A stretch of DNA of 64,000 nt from a virus (Duplodnaviria; Heunggongvirae; Uroviricota; Caudoviricetes), in the IMG/VR virus record IMGVR_UViG_3300048865_000005; one strand, given 5' to 3'. The notes below the pieces were generated by a model. It saw nothing but the letters and a program-made list of their open reading frames with translations. It had not been told where the DNA came from and made no database searches. Each line of letters begins with the position of its first letter. Position 1 is the first letter of the stretch. Made by a program: the position numbers and the translations under genes. Positions 8,521 to 16,456 of this stretch are shown one piece after another.

Positions 8521-8681
8521 AAAGTCTGTACGCTGAAATCCAAATCGTTCAGATTTCTATTAAACTTCTCGAAATATACAACACCATTATAAACTCTTAC
8601 AACTTTTGGAACATGGGTATAATTATCTAGTGTGAACCAGTAATAACCATTAACTTTCGGAACTATTCGTGACCATCTCAT
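8487..8681 (-). CDS. hypothetical early protein
   Basis: 64-aa ORF with ATG start, downstream of the promoter at 8745-8773. Confidence 0.4.
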   Translation of the reverse strand: MRWSRIVPKVNGYYWFTLDNYTHVPKVVRVYNGVVYFEKFNRNLNDLDFSVQTLWCGPLEAPRK

Positions 8682-8744
8682 TAAATCTCTGTCCGTCCTG
8701 ATGTGATAATTATCTAATATAGAAGAAATAACGTCAACAAATAT

Positions 8745-8773
8745 TTATAAGTATTTGTAACTTTATACTCAAC
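8745..8773 (-). promoter_or_regulatory. sigma70-type early promoter (TTGAGT-N17-TATAAA)
   Basis: Conserved motif TTTATAAGTATTTGTAA on the plus strand. Confidence 0.45.
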
Positions 8774-8774
8774 A

Positions 8775-8798
8775 AAAAGCCCCGACAAAAGCCGGGGC
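8775..8798 (-). terminator. rho-independent terminator (GCCCCG stem, U-run on minus strand)
   Basis: Hairpin gccccg-acaaaagc-cggggc. On minus it is followed by TTTTTGTTG. Lies just downstream of the 8842-9066 gene. Confidence 0.5.
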
Positions 8799-8841
8799 GC
8801 TCTGTGATAATGCCCGTATTTTAGGGCAAAATCTTTTCATG

Positions 8842-9066
8842 TTAGTTCAAGCGAGCGATAGACTTTTTCGCTTCTTCTAAAGTGCTCTTGATACGCTGCT
8901 TACCATCGCTGACACGATGTACACGGTATCCGCCTTCAGGACGCTTTGTGATAGTGCCTAAATAGTTACCGGAGGCATCGTACATACGGCGAACCCGCTT
9001 TGCAGCTTCTTCGTTTGCATCACTAAACCGACCAACTACTACCTTAGCCATAATTAACTTCCCCAC
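8842..9066 (-). CDS. small DNA-binding protein with integrase-arm/AP2-like domain
   Basis: Pattern GGYRVHRVSDGKQRIKSTLEEAKKS resembles integrase N-terminal arm-type / AP2-like DNA-binding domains. No catalytic domain present. Confidence 0.4.
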   Translation of the reverse strand: MGKLIMAKVVVGRFSDANEEAAKRVRRMYDASGNYLGTITKRPEGGYRVHRVSDGKQRIKSTLEEAKKSIARLN

Positions 9067-9219
9067 TTCTTAGTTATGAGAAGAAGTATTAAAACTCCTT
9101 CTTTCTTCCTGTACTGTTACGACGTAATTTTGAACAAAAAGTTCGAAACTATCTATCGGGCACAATAAAGGAATCTTCGTTTGTCAGTTAGCGGTGAAGT
9201 GCTAACTGGAATGTCGGCT

Positions 9220-9247
9220 ATCATAACAGCGGGCACAGCTATGTCAA
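9220..9247 (-). promoter_or_regulatory. sigma70-type promoter (TTGACA-N16-TATGAT)
   Basis: Minus strand reads TTGACAtagctgtgcccgctgtTATGAT. Would give a ~150-nt structured leader for the 8842-9066 gene. Confidence 0.45.
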
Positions 9248-9419
9248 TACCCTAAGTGAAAATATTTTCAGGGCATGCCGCAGGTTCGTAAGTGCTTGAT
9301 TGCAAACGAAGATTTGAGGAAAGAGCGCTAAGGCGTGTTTGACTAAAACGAAAAAATCGTTTATCGTTTTTGAACTGAACGAGGCTCCTCCGCAAAAGAA
9401 GCCCCTTCAGGTGACGAGC

Positions 9420-9722
9420 TTACAAAATATTAAAAAGCTCTAACTGCATGTCATCTGCAACCGCTGTAATCGTTTTTCCGTGCTTCTTGATTACACGCTT
9501 AGCCATTTTCGCATTCAGCATTGTCGTAGAATGCTGGATGTGAAGTGCTTTCGCTATGAGCCGTATCGTGCTTTCAGATACCGGCAAAATATCTACAATA
9601 TTCGTATCCACTTTGTAAAATCCATCTACACGCCCTATTACGGGTGTTCCATCTGATGTAAAGATAATCCTTACATTGTACTCTTTATCGTGTAATTCAT
9701 TTTCACGAGTCGGCATTTCCAA
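9420..9722 (-). CDS. hypothetical protein (100 aa), first gene left of the ori-like noncoding region
   Basis: ORF with ATG. Possible regulator, no motif confirmed. Confidence 0.5.
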   Translation of the reverse strand: MEMPTRENELHDKEYNVRIIFTSDGTPVIGRVDGFYKVDTNIVDILPVSESTIRLIAKALHIQHSTTMLNAKMAKRVIKKHGKTITAVADDMQLELFNIL

Positions 9723-10059
9723 AATACTCCTAGCCGTGTAAGGCTTTACGTGCTCGAACCTCTCCCCTTGTGAGAGACCTCCGGTCCTTCGAGCTATGCG
9801 GTTTTATGCCGCATCTGGTGACTATCAGCCGTCACTAGCTACTACTGAGCCTTATGTGACGTTCTGCGGCAGTATATTACCGTTCTGCGTCACTAAGATG
9901 GCATTTTACTACTATCCATTTGGTTTGCAAGCTACTTAACAAAATATTTTGATAATTTTTAGGAACTTTTTCTATTTGTATGATATTTGGGCGCGTGCTA
10001 ATCAGTATCACATCGCTATCATACCAATGCGCTGTACGTCTGTACAGTGCTTTTCCTCT

Positions 10060-10270
10060 AGTCTACCTCTCTACTTCTTTGCTTATTGAAGCAAGTGCTT
10101 CAATGCTTCAATGCTTGCTTGCTTAATGAACCAATGAATTGTGTGCTTGCGTTAGCACTTCAATACTTCAGTGCTTGCTGAAGTGCTTACTTAGGTATTT
10201 ACTTGCTTAAGTACGTACTTGCTCAACTGCTTGCTTCTGCGCATAAGGAAGTACTTACTATATCGGCCTC
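10060..10270. repeat. iteron array upstream of parA (TTGAAGCA / TGCTTCAA half-sites)
   Basis: More than 10 direct and inverted copies of GCTTCAAT/TTGAAGCA-like 8-mers. Includes the near-perfect inverted repeat ATTGAAGCAAGTGCTTCAAT at 10085-10104. Confidence 0.7.
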
Positions 10271-10297
10271 TCATTGATTAGCTTTAAGGATGGAATT

Positions 10298-10927
10298 ATG
10301 GAAGTTATCGCTATGGCTTCGCGGAAGGGTGGAGTAGGCAAGACGAACACGACCGAGAATTTAGGAGTGGAACTCTCTCGCCGGGGCTATAAAGTGATGC
10401 TACTAGATACTGACGATCAAGGGAGCCTTACGCAGTGGTGGAATGATCGTAAAGAGGAAGAACCCTCATTGATGCAGGTTGAGTTCCAAGAGCTTCCAAG
10501 GGCTTTACAATTGCTCGAAAGTAACGGCTTTGATTACGTGTTAATCGACACTCCCCCAATGGCTAACGAGGTAATACGCTTCGTTACTCGCTATGCGGAC
10601 CTAGTAGTAATTCCCTGTAAAGCTGGTTCCTCTGACCTAAAGGCAATAACCCAGACTATCTCTATCGTCAAAGAAGCCAAGAAGCCTTATGTTTTCCTGC
10701 TGAACGAAGTCATGCCCAACGCTAAAATCACAAAAGACGTAATGATAGCCCTGTCTCAACATGGCAAGCTCTGTCCGATCATCCCGGCACGGACTGTATA
10801 TAAGGAAGCAGGCTTCAGCGGTCTAACACCTATAGATATGCGCGTAAGCTCCCCTGCTTCATTGGAATTCAGACGTTTAGCGGATTACATCCTTAGCGAA
10901 ATTTCAACACTACAAGCAAGTGCTTGA
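10298..10927 (+). CDS. parA: ParA/Soj-family partition ATPase (type Ib-like, no N-terminal HTH)
   Basis: Deviant Walker A box ASRKGGVGKT. About 210 aa. ATG at 10298 with AAGGA RBS (the ORF track's TTG at 10274 is less likely). Flanked by iteron arrays. Confidence 0.8.
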   Translation: MEVIAMASRKGGVGKTNTTENLGVELSRRGYKVMLLDTDDQGSLTQWWNDRKEEEPSLMQVEFQELPRALQLLESNGFDYVLIDTPPMANEVIRFVTRYADLVVIPCKAGSSDLKAITQTISIVKEAKKPYVFLLNEVMPNAKITKDVMIALSQHGKLCPIIPARTVYKEAGFSGLTPIDMRVSSPASLEFRRLADYILSEISTLQASA

Positions 10928-11040
10928 GTGCTTATTGAAGCATTGATATATTGAAGCATTGATTGAAGCAAGCAGTGAAGCATTTGCTGAAGTACGTAAC
11001 CATGTATTGAAGTACATGCTTCTTTGCTTAAGTAAAGAAG
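10925..11040. repeat. iteron array downstream of parA (direct repeats ATTGAAGCA)
   Basis: ttattgaagcattgatatattgaagcattgattgaagcaagcagtgaagcatttgctgaagta... with at least 6 half-sites. Confidence 0.7.
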
Positions 11041-11050
11041 GAATGAATGA

Positions 11051-11332
11051 ATGACCAAGAAAGCTTACCAGTTGGAAGACTTAACTAAGTCCCTAAATGC
11101 TCAGCCTGTAGTGACTACAGCGGCTCAGTTGGCAGTAGTTGAGCCAACACCAGCAACACAGTCCACACCATCAGCGGATCAAATTTTTGCAGGTGCCCAT
11201 AAGACGCTCAGTGTGCGTACCGATCCAGCACGCTATAAGAAGCTTCGCCGGGCTTGCTTGGACTATGACAAGACAGGGCAAGATATTTTTATTGAAGCCC
11301 TAGACGACTGGTTCAAAAAACATAACCTATAA
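11051..11332 (+). CDS. small centromere-binding protein candidate (ParG-like ribbon-helix-helix)
   Basis: 93 aa: Ala/Thr/Pro-rich N-terminus, then C-terminal KTLSVRTDPARYKKLRRACLD...GQDIFIEALDDWFKK, consistent with a beta-strand plus two helices (RHH). Sits immediately downstream of parA. Confidence 0.5.
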   Translation: MTKKAYQLEDLTKSLNAQPVVTTAAQLAVVEPTPATQSTPSADQIFAGAHKTLSVRTDPARYKKLRRACLDYDKTGQDIFIEALDDWFKKHNL

Positions 11333-11337
11333 GACTA

Positions 11338-11365
11338 AGCCCCTTCACAGGGGCTTCATTGTTTC
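11338..11365 (+). terminator. rho-independent terminator (AGCCCCT-TCAC-AGGGGCT then T-rich)
   Basis: 7-bp GC stem after the par operon. Possibly bidirectional, since the convergent 11369-12031 gene ends here. Confidence 0.5.
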
Positions 11366-11368
11366 TGT

Positions 11369-12031
11369 TCACCGTATAACATCAAGTATCACGATATTGT
11401 TGTAGCCGTTCGCTACTGCTGCCTTGATTGCTGCCTCTACTGCTTCGGTCTCGTTGCGTGTCTCTTCTGTATGTTCAAACTGTACGTTAAACCCGCTTCC
11501 ATCCTTCGGACGGCATGAGAGCTTTACACGGATTTTGTGCGGCTTAGCTCCACGACGAGGCTTGTTCTCAACAGGTATAAGCTGAAAGTCATCATTGCTT
11601 GAATCATTCACTGCTTGAGCGGGTACTTCAGTAGTTACTTCAGCAAATGCTTCGGTAGGCACTTCCTTTGGCAATTCATTCAGTGCTTCCTTCTGTACTT
11701 CTTGAGGCGTTGAAGTGCTTGCTTCTTTGCTTATTGAAGCACTTGCTTCAATACTTGCCTGCTTACTTGCTTTCGTCGGCTTTTTAGTCGTCGGCTTCTT
11801 TTCTGCCGCTTTCTTTTCTACTGGCTTATCTGCTGCTTTGGTTGTAGCAGGCTTCTTTGCCGGGGTTTTCTTCGGAGTAGGGGAGGTCTTTTCCTCCTTC
11901 TTCGCAGGCGTACCAAACGCTTCAGCAAAAGCGCGCTCAGCCTCTTCTTTCTGTGCTCTTCTTATCATCTCAGCCTCATGCGCGGATTGTTCTTTTTTAG
12001 AAATACGAGAGTGGTTTTGACGGTACTGCAT
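11369..12031 (-). CDS. K/P/A/T-rich basic protein (histone H1/AlgP-like low complexity) with structured C-terminal domain
   Basis: Repeats of the KKPxxxK type (TPKKTPAKKPATTKAADKPVEKKAAEKKPTTKKPTK). An iteron palindrome lies in its coding sequence at 11733-11752, encoding ASIEASAS. Confidence 0.6.
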   Translation of the reverse strand: MQYRQNHSRISKKEQSAHEAEMIRRAQKEEAERAFAEAFGTPAKKEEKTSPTPKKTPAKKPATTKAADKPVEKKAAEKKPTTKKPTKASKQASIEASASISKEASTSTPQEVQKEALNELPKEVPTEAFAEVTTEVPAQAVNDSSNDDFQLIPVENKPRRGAKPHKIRVKLSCRPKDGSGFNVQFEHTEETRNETEAVEAAIKAAVANGYNNIVILDVIR

Positions 12032-12213
12032 GTCCGCTCCTTATCACAGAGATATTTTTAACTATAGCTATTCACTAGAGATGTGCCAGTTAGAGAGGCT
12101 GGCACACACATTAAGAGTGTTCTCACTCTAGATAATCGTCATAGATTTTTAAATTGAGCATACCGTTAAGATTGGCAGAAATTACACAACTTCCATGTTC
12201 GTTTGTATAAAGA

Positions 12214-12576
12214 TCATTCTTCAAGCTCGGTGTATTCGCGCGGCGGCGGCGGTGTATCACCGTTGTAGCCGTCCACTTCATCATCATGCGGCAGAACGTA
12301 CAGCTTTTTGAATTTGATCAAGTCGGTGATCGTCGCATAGCTGCCAACCGACATACCGTGAACCACCTGACCGCATTCATTCACATAGGTGGCATGCGCC
12401 TGCCAAGCCCGAACATCGAACATCGCACGGCGGGAGCGCCAAGCGCCTTTCACCGGATAGACGCTCTCAGGCGACCAAGTGAGCGCTTGCCCGTTACGCT
12501 CAGGGAACGCCGCTTGAAGCATCGCGCACAGCTTTCTGACCTTGTAGCCTGCCGGTTTACGCTTTTCCATTTTCAT
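12214..12576 (-). CDS. hypothetical protein encoded by a GC-rich island (moron-like)
   Basis: ORF of about 120 aa with GGGAG RBS. Local GC is clearly higher (about 55-60% by eye) than the flanks (about 38-42%). No domain recognised. Confidence 0.55.
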   Translation of the reverse strand: MKMEKRKPAGYKVRKLCAMLQAAFPERNGQALTWSPESVYPVKGAWRSRRAMFDVRAWQAHATYVNECGQVVHGMSVGSYATITDLIKFKKLYVLPHDDEVDGYNGDTPPPPREYTELEE

Positions 12577-12591
12577 CTCCCGTTGACGGCT

Positions 12592-12951
12592 CTACAGGCC
12601 GTCTATCTCATTGACTTTAGAAAGAACATCTACAGCCTGCTCCTCAGCCTTAACAAGTAAGGCGACAGCCTTGGCTATATCTACGTTCGTATTTGCAGCG
12701 GAACGTTTAGCTTCTTGGGCCTGAACGAACGACTGCAATGCAGATACTAAAACTTCACGCTCTTGCTTCCATTCTTCCAGTACATCACGTCTCATGTCTT
12801 CTTGACGTTGTATTTCTTTCTGCAACTCTATGTTGTCTTTTCGAAGCTCTTCTATCGTTTGGCCGCGTTGAGTTTTGTGGTAGTTAGCTTGATCTTTCAG
12901 AGCCTTCTCATTACTCAGGTCGTGCTCAAGCTGAGCAATACGCTCTTTCAA
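12592..12951 (-). CDS. coiled-coil protein
   Basis: 119-aa highly charged E/K/Q-rich heptad-like sequence. The in-frame region upstream of the TTG start encodes IEASIEASASIS from the iteron palindrome, so the true start is uncertain. Confidence 0.5.
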   Translation of the reverse strand: MKERIAQLEHDLSNEKALKDQANYHKTQRGQTIEELRKDNIELQKEIQRQEDMRRDVLEEWKQEREVLVSALQSFVQAQEAKRSAANTNVDIAKAVALLVKAEEQAVDVLSKVNEIDGL

Positions 12952-13039
12952 ATCACTTATTGAAGTACTTCCTTCATTGCTTATTGAAGCGCTTGCTTCA
13001 ATGCTTGCTTCAATAACGGGTTTTCAGATTTTGCCATTT

Positions 13040-13345
13040 TTAAAAATTCTCTATCTTTGCGAGCCGCCAAAGCTCTGATGTGAACCATTCTACAAGGGAA
13101 TTCTGTTCAATAATAGTGTCAATATTATAAATATCTGTAATTTTCTCTATCGTATTACAAGGGCTTATAATTTCTATCAATGTACATCGCCATTCCATCT
13201 CCTCTGTACCTGCATAGTCCCAATCACTCGCCCATGTGGTAGGGGAGGGAGGTATGCGAATTATTGAACAAATTTCTAAGGAAAATGTTGCAGGCACGTC
13301 AATATATCGATCCGTTGAGATCGTTGCTTTTATGTCATAAAACAC
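13040..13345 (-). CDS. hypothetical protein
   Basis: 101-aa ORF. Confidence 0.45.
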   Translation of the reverse strand: MFYDIKATISTDRYIDVPATFSLEICSIIRIPPSPTTWASDWDYAGTEEMEWRCTLIEIISPCNTIEKITDIYNIDTIIEQNSLVEWFTSELWRLAKIENF

Positions 13346-13367
13346 TGCCGACTTTTAACCTTTCACC

Positions 13368-13550
13368 TTACGCTTCCATCCATTCCACTGCCTCATCTAC
13401 ACCAGCGAATAGCTTAGAATTTTTACTGTCCTTTGAAACTCGTTTTTCACCTTTCTGACCAACTTCTTTTACAATAAAAGCTTTTGGAGTTTCCCGTAAT
13501 ATCTGAACTGCAATAAGCCAGCCGGATTTAGTTGCTAATATCCTTCTCAA
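13368..13550 (-). CDS. hypothetical protein
   Basis: 60-aa ORF. Confidence 0.4.
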   Translation of the reverse strand: MRRILATKSGWLIAVQILRETPKAFIVKEVGQKGEKRVSKDSKNSKLFAGVDEAVEWMEA

Positions 13551-13656
13551 CCATTAATACTTTTCCTTATACTTACCTGAACGTTTTGCTTCTTTCTTTC
13601 TATCTACAAATGTAGCAGGCTTATTGAAGCTATTAAAGAACTTAGCAACTGTGTTT

Positions 13657-14031
13657 TTAACCTTTGTATTCATGCCCGACAATACCTCCGTGACCTACAA
13701 TTACCGCTTCAATGATGCCTTTAGGGACATACGGGTATACTGTTTGTGTAGGCTTATCAGACTCTTCTGCATAAGGTAGAAGCTCTTCGATACACTCAGA
13801 AGGAAAGCCAATCTCGAACGATTCATACTCCGCATATGGTAGCGTCTCCCTTGGCATACAATAGTGATATTGGGAAGCCTGAATAGATAACGAAATACCA
13901 TCTCCTAATACTATTCGCTCTGTATGGCGTAGCCTGTAAGCTGAAGAAATGTCTGGTAATGTAGCCGGGAATGGACCATTCGACTCAACACCTTCTTCTA
14001 ACCACTCAGCCAAACTTTTTTCTCTGTTCAT
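13657..14031 (-). CDS. hypothetical protein (124 aa)
   Basis: ORF with GGAG RBS. Promoter-like motif at about 14046-14090 upstream. Confidence 0.5.
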   Translation of the reverse strand: MNREKSLAEWLEEGVESNGPFPATLPDISSAYRLRHTERIVLGDGISLSIQASQYHYCMPRETLPYAEYESFEIGFPSECIEELLPYAEESDKPTQTVYPYVPKGIIEAVIVGHGGIVGHEYKG

Positions 14032-14096
14032 TTCTATCTCTCCTTAGCGATTTTTACCAATGTTATCAGTGTTTATAATTTTATGCAAGTGGTATT

Positions 14097-14309
14097 TTAT
14101 TCTTCTTCATCTTTAGCTAATAACTCAATTTCTTCAGCTTCCTCTAACTCTCGCTCTAATTGTTCCCACCGCTCTTGTTGAGCCTTCTTGAACTCTTCTT
14201 TCTCTGCTTCTGACATAGCATCCCATTCTTCTTGTTGTTGGGCTAACCGCTCTTCGCGTGCTTTCATAGCACGTTCGTATTCTCTTTTCTTAAATTCTTC
14301 GAGATTCAT
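14097..14309 (-). CDS. highly acidic coiled-coil protein
   Basis: 70 aa dominated by E/K/Q (EEWDAMSEAEKEEFKKAQQERWEQLERELEEAEE). Confidence 0.45.
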   Translation of the reverse strand: MNLEEFKKREYERAMKAREERLAQQQEEWDAMSEAEKEEFKKAQQERWEQLERELEEAEEIELLAKDEEE

Positions 14310-14983
14310 ATATAACTATTTATCCTATCTACACTTAATTCCTGAATCATCAGATGCTCAAATAATCTAAAATAATCTCTTTCTATAGTAATCATTTGTA
14401 GATTATCTGAAACATCCCCTCGTCCACCAAATACATTAAAGCCTCCTCTTGCTTGAGGAATGTCGTAGATAATATGGAAGTCGTCTATCTTAGACGCCCA
14501 ATACACGCTCTTATTTCCTACGAATACTAAATATTTTTTATTATCAAAGAAATAAACATCACACTCTTGCATTGCTCCAACTACTAGACGAATTGCCTCG
14601 TAAGGCCACTGATAACAGAACGTATCATATACTCTAGGTTTTCTCGGTGCCCTAGGTTTTTTCAACTTTTGAACTATCTCTTTATTTTCAATAATTTTTA
14701 TATTATCGATCATTACTGAGATAGTATGCAGAACGTCTTCATGAAACCACTCTGAATACCCATCTTCTTTTTCTAAAATCTCATATTTCCTAGGAAGAAA
14801 TGCTTTATGTAGTTTCTTCTCTAAAGCTAAAGCGGAAGATTCGTCTTCGCACTCTTTATAAAAGCTCTCTTGGAAGTTGAAGCAATTTCCTAACTGATTC
14901 CAGCGATTTTCAAGATTTACAGCTTTCCCAATTTTAACTCTAGGTTCAGTTAAATGTTTCATGAAATAAACAAATGCAGTCAT
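14306..14983 (-). CDS. T5orf172 / GIY-YIG-like domain protein
   Basis: N-terminus FVYFMKHLTEPRVKIGKAVNLENRWNQL matches the T5orf172 (GIY-YIG superfamily) signature. 225 aa. Confidence 0.55.
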   Translation of the reverse strand: MTAFVYFMKHLTEPRVKIGKAVNLENRWNQLGNCFNFQESFYKECEDESSALALEKKLHKAFLPRKYEILEKEDGYSEWFHEDVLHTISVMIDNIKIIENKEIVQKLKKPRAPRKPRVYDTFCYQWPYEAIRLVVGAMQECDVYFFDNKKYLVFVGNKSVYWASKIDDFHIIYDIPQARGGFNVFGGRGDVSDNLQMITIERDYFRLFEHLMIQELSVDRINSYI

Positions 14984-16255
14984 TTACGTACAAACCTTAT
15001 CTTCTTGGACAACACCGTCTAATCTGTATTTGATACCGACTGGAACAACACCAGCAGTACCGAACCGTTCCCTGAATTTACCGCCCATCGTATTACACAG
15101 AAGATTGAGATGTTCCAGCGGCACAATAAACGAGTCGTGCACCGGCAAACATGGAACGCCCCTCTCAACCATAGTAGACAAAACATCGCTAGCTAGATGA
15201 CTATCGGCATTTTGTAAAACTCTTCCAAACGAACCTTCTCGGCAAAACAAGTGCCTAAAGGTAGGGTATGCCCGGTACACCAGTTCCATGACTTGTGTTG
15301 CTGTACCAAGAGAAAACTTAAATTTTTCTTCATTTTTTAAATAATTAATTTCTTTTTGGATTGCTGCACGTGCTTTCTTCTCGTTATCGCAGTTGAACAT
15401 CATGTTCACAGCGAGCTTCACGATACGTCGATCTATTGGATTTTTCTCGTCTTCTAAAATTCCTGAGTAAACATCTAGAGGAATTTCATTGGAGTCTAAG
15501 CCTTCCATTGCAGCGGCAATACGAAAATGTAGGTTTGAGTAGTCGATTTCGACGACTGGCTTACCGTCTATCGTAATGTCTAGCCTTGCGTTATCATCCC
15601 TGTTCTTTATTGCCAACACATCGGCATGATAGAAGCGACCACCATGCTCGAAAGATTCATTGAAAATTCTGCAATAAATATTTGTTAGTAATTTTCCTGT
15701 ACCGTCTCGAATTTCTGAAGATTCATTCAATTTATTCAGATTTCTTACAGATTCCGACATTCTCTCAATATGTTCAGAATTTCTATAGGAAATACTTTTT
15801 TTATCAGAATCTCGTAATTCGATGACTTCTACTTGTTCTAGATAATCTTGTTCAGCTAATTCAACAATTTCTTGAAACCCCCATTCATTCAGGAATTTAT
15901 CTGTAGGTTCGATCCAAGATGATGACCTATTGTTAAGAAATACTGAAGATTTACCAATATGGTTGGTTATAAGACCCTGATTTTCAAGGAAATTTACAGC
16001 TTTTATAACTCTTTCAGGATTTATCTTCTTTCTACCGACACCGTAAGCAGAATTCTTACTACGACAGTAGGCAAGAGTACTCCCTTTCCGTAGGCAAGCT
16101 ATGAGGTTATATACAACAACAGACAACACTTCATTGTCTTTGTACGGATACCAACGAACCCGGTTACTTACTGACTTTCTGACACGCAATCTGTATGTCA
16201 GTAATCGACTATACCGCATAGCATCAGAACCACTCTCCATCCTCACATCCTGCAT
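14984..16255 (-). CDS. large early protein of unknown function (423 aa), possible DNA-binding/replication initiation role
   Basis: First gene of the leftward early block. GGAGG RBS. No confident motif (PVHDSF, NLHFRIAAA noted). Confidence 0.6.
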   Translation of the reverse strand: MQDVRMESGSDAMRYSRLLTYRLRVRKSVSNRVRWYPYKDNEVLSVVVYNLIACLRKGSTLAYCRSKNSAYGVGRKKINPERVIKAVNFLENQGLITNHIGKSSVFLNNRSSSWIEPTDKFLNEWGFQEIVELAEQDYLEQVEVIELRDSDKKSISYRNSEHIERMSESVRNLNKLNESSEIRDGTGKLLTNIYCRIFNESFEHGGRFYHADVLAIKNRDDNARLDITIDGKPVVEIDYSNLHFRIAAAMEGLDSNEIPLDVYSGILEDEKNPIDRRIVKLAVNMMFNCDNEKKARAAIQKEINYLKNEEKFKFSLGTATQVMELVYRAYPTFRHLFCREGSFGRVLQNADSHLASDVLSTMVERGVPCLPVHDSFIVPLEHLNLLCNTMGGKFRERFGTAGVVPVGIKYRLDGVVQEDKVCT

Positions 16256-16396
16256 ACCGGGCCTCCATATCAGGGTGTTTTTTCTCTAGAACCCACGTGG
16301 CACTAAGGCTAGAGGGCTATTTTCATCGACATTTTCTGTCAATTCGAAGCGAATCCTACAGGAAAAAATAAATTCCTCAAGAATTTCTAAAAATTT

Positions 16397-16456
16397 AAGT
16401 TTTTTGAAAATTTCTAAAAAATCTTGTTGACGCTCTCGTTAGGCGATGGCAGTATG
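16397..16456 (+). promoter_or_regulatory. divergent control region: degenerate copy of the TTTTTTGAAA motif plus a weak sigma70-like promoter (TTGACG-N17-CAGTAT)
   Basis: AAGTTTTTTGAAAATTTC at 16397-16414. TTGACG at 16427-16432. Start of the rightward gene block. Confidence 0.3.

Noticed and set aside
8842-9066. Integrase (prophage integration module)
   Set aside because: Only a 74-aa protein resembling an integrase arm-type/AP2 DNA-binding domain. No catalytic tyrosine-recombinase or serine-recombinase domain anywhere in the window.
10060-11040. Possibility that the repeat arrays are a CRISPR array
   Set aside because: Repeat units are 8-20 bp, irregularly spaced, with no uniform spacers and partly inverted orientation. 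This is iteron/centromere-like, not CRISPR. No cas genes.
12085-12115. Sigma54-like TGGCAC element upstream of the K/P/A-rich protein gene
   Set aside because: No properly spaced GC -12 element (TGGCAC-N5-TAGTG). Probably part of a hairpin (GTGCCAG...CTGGCAC).
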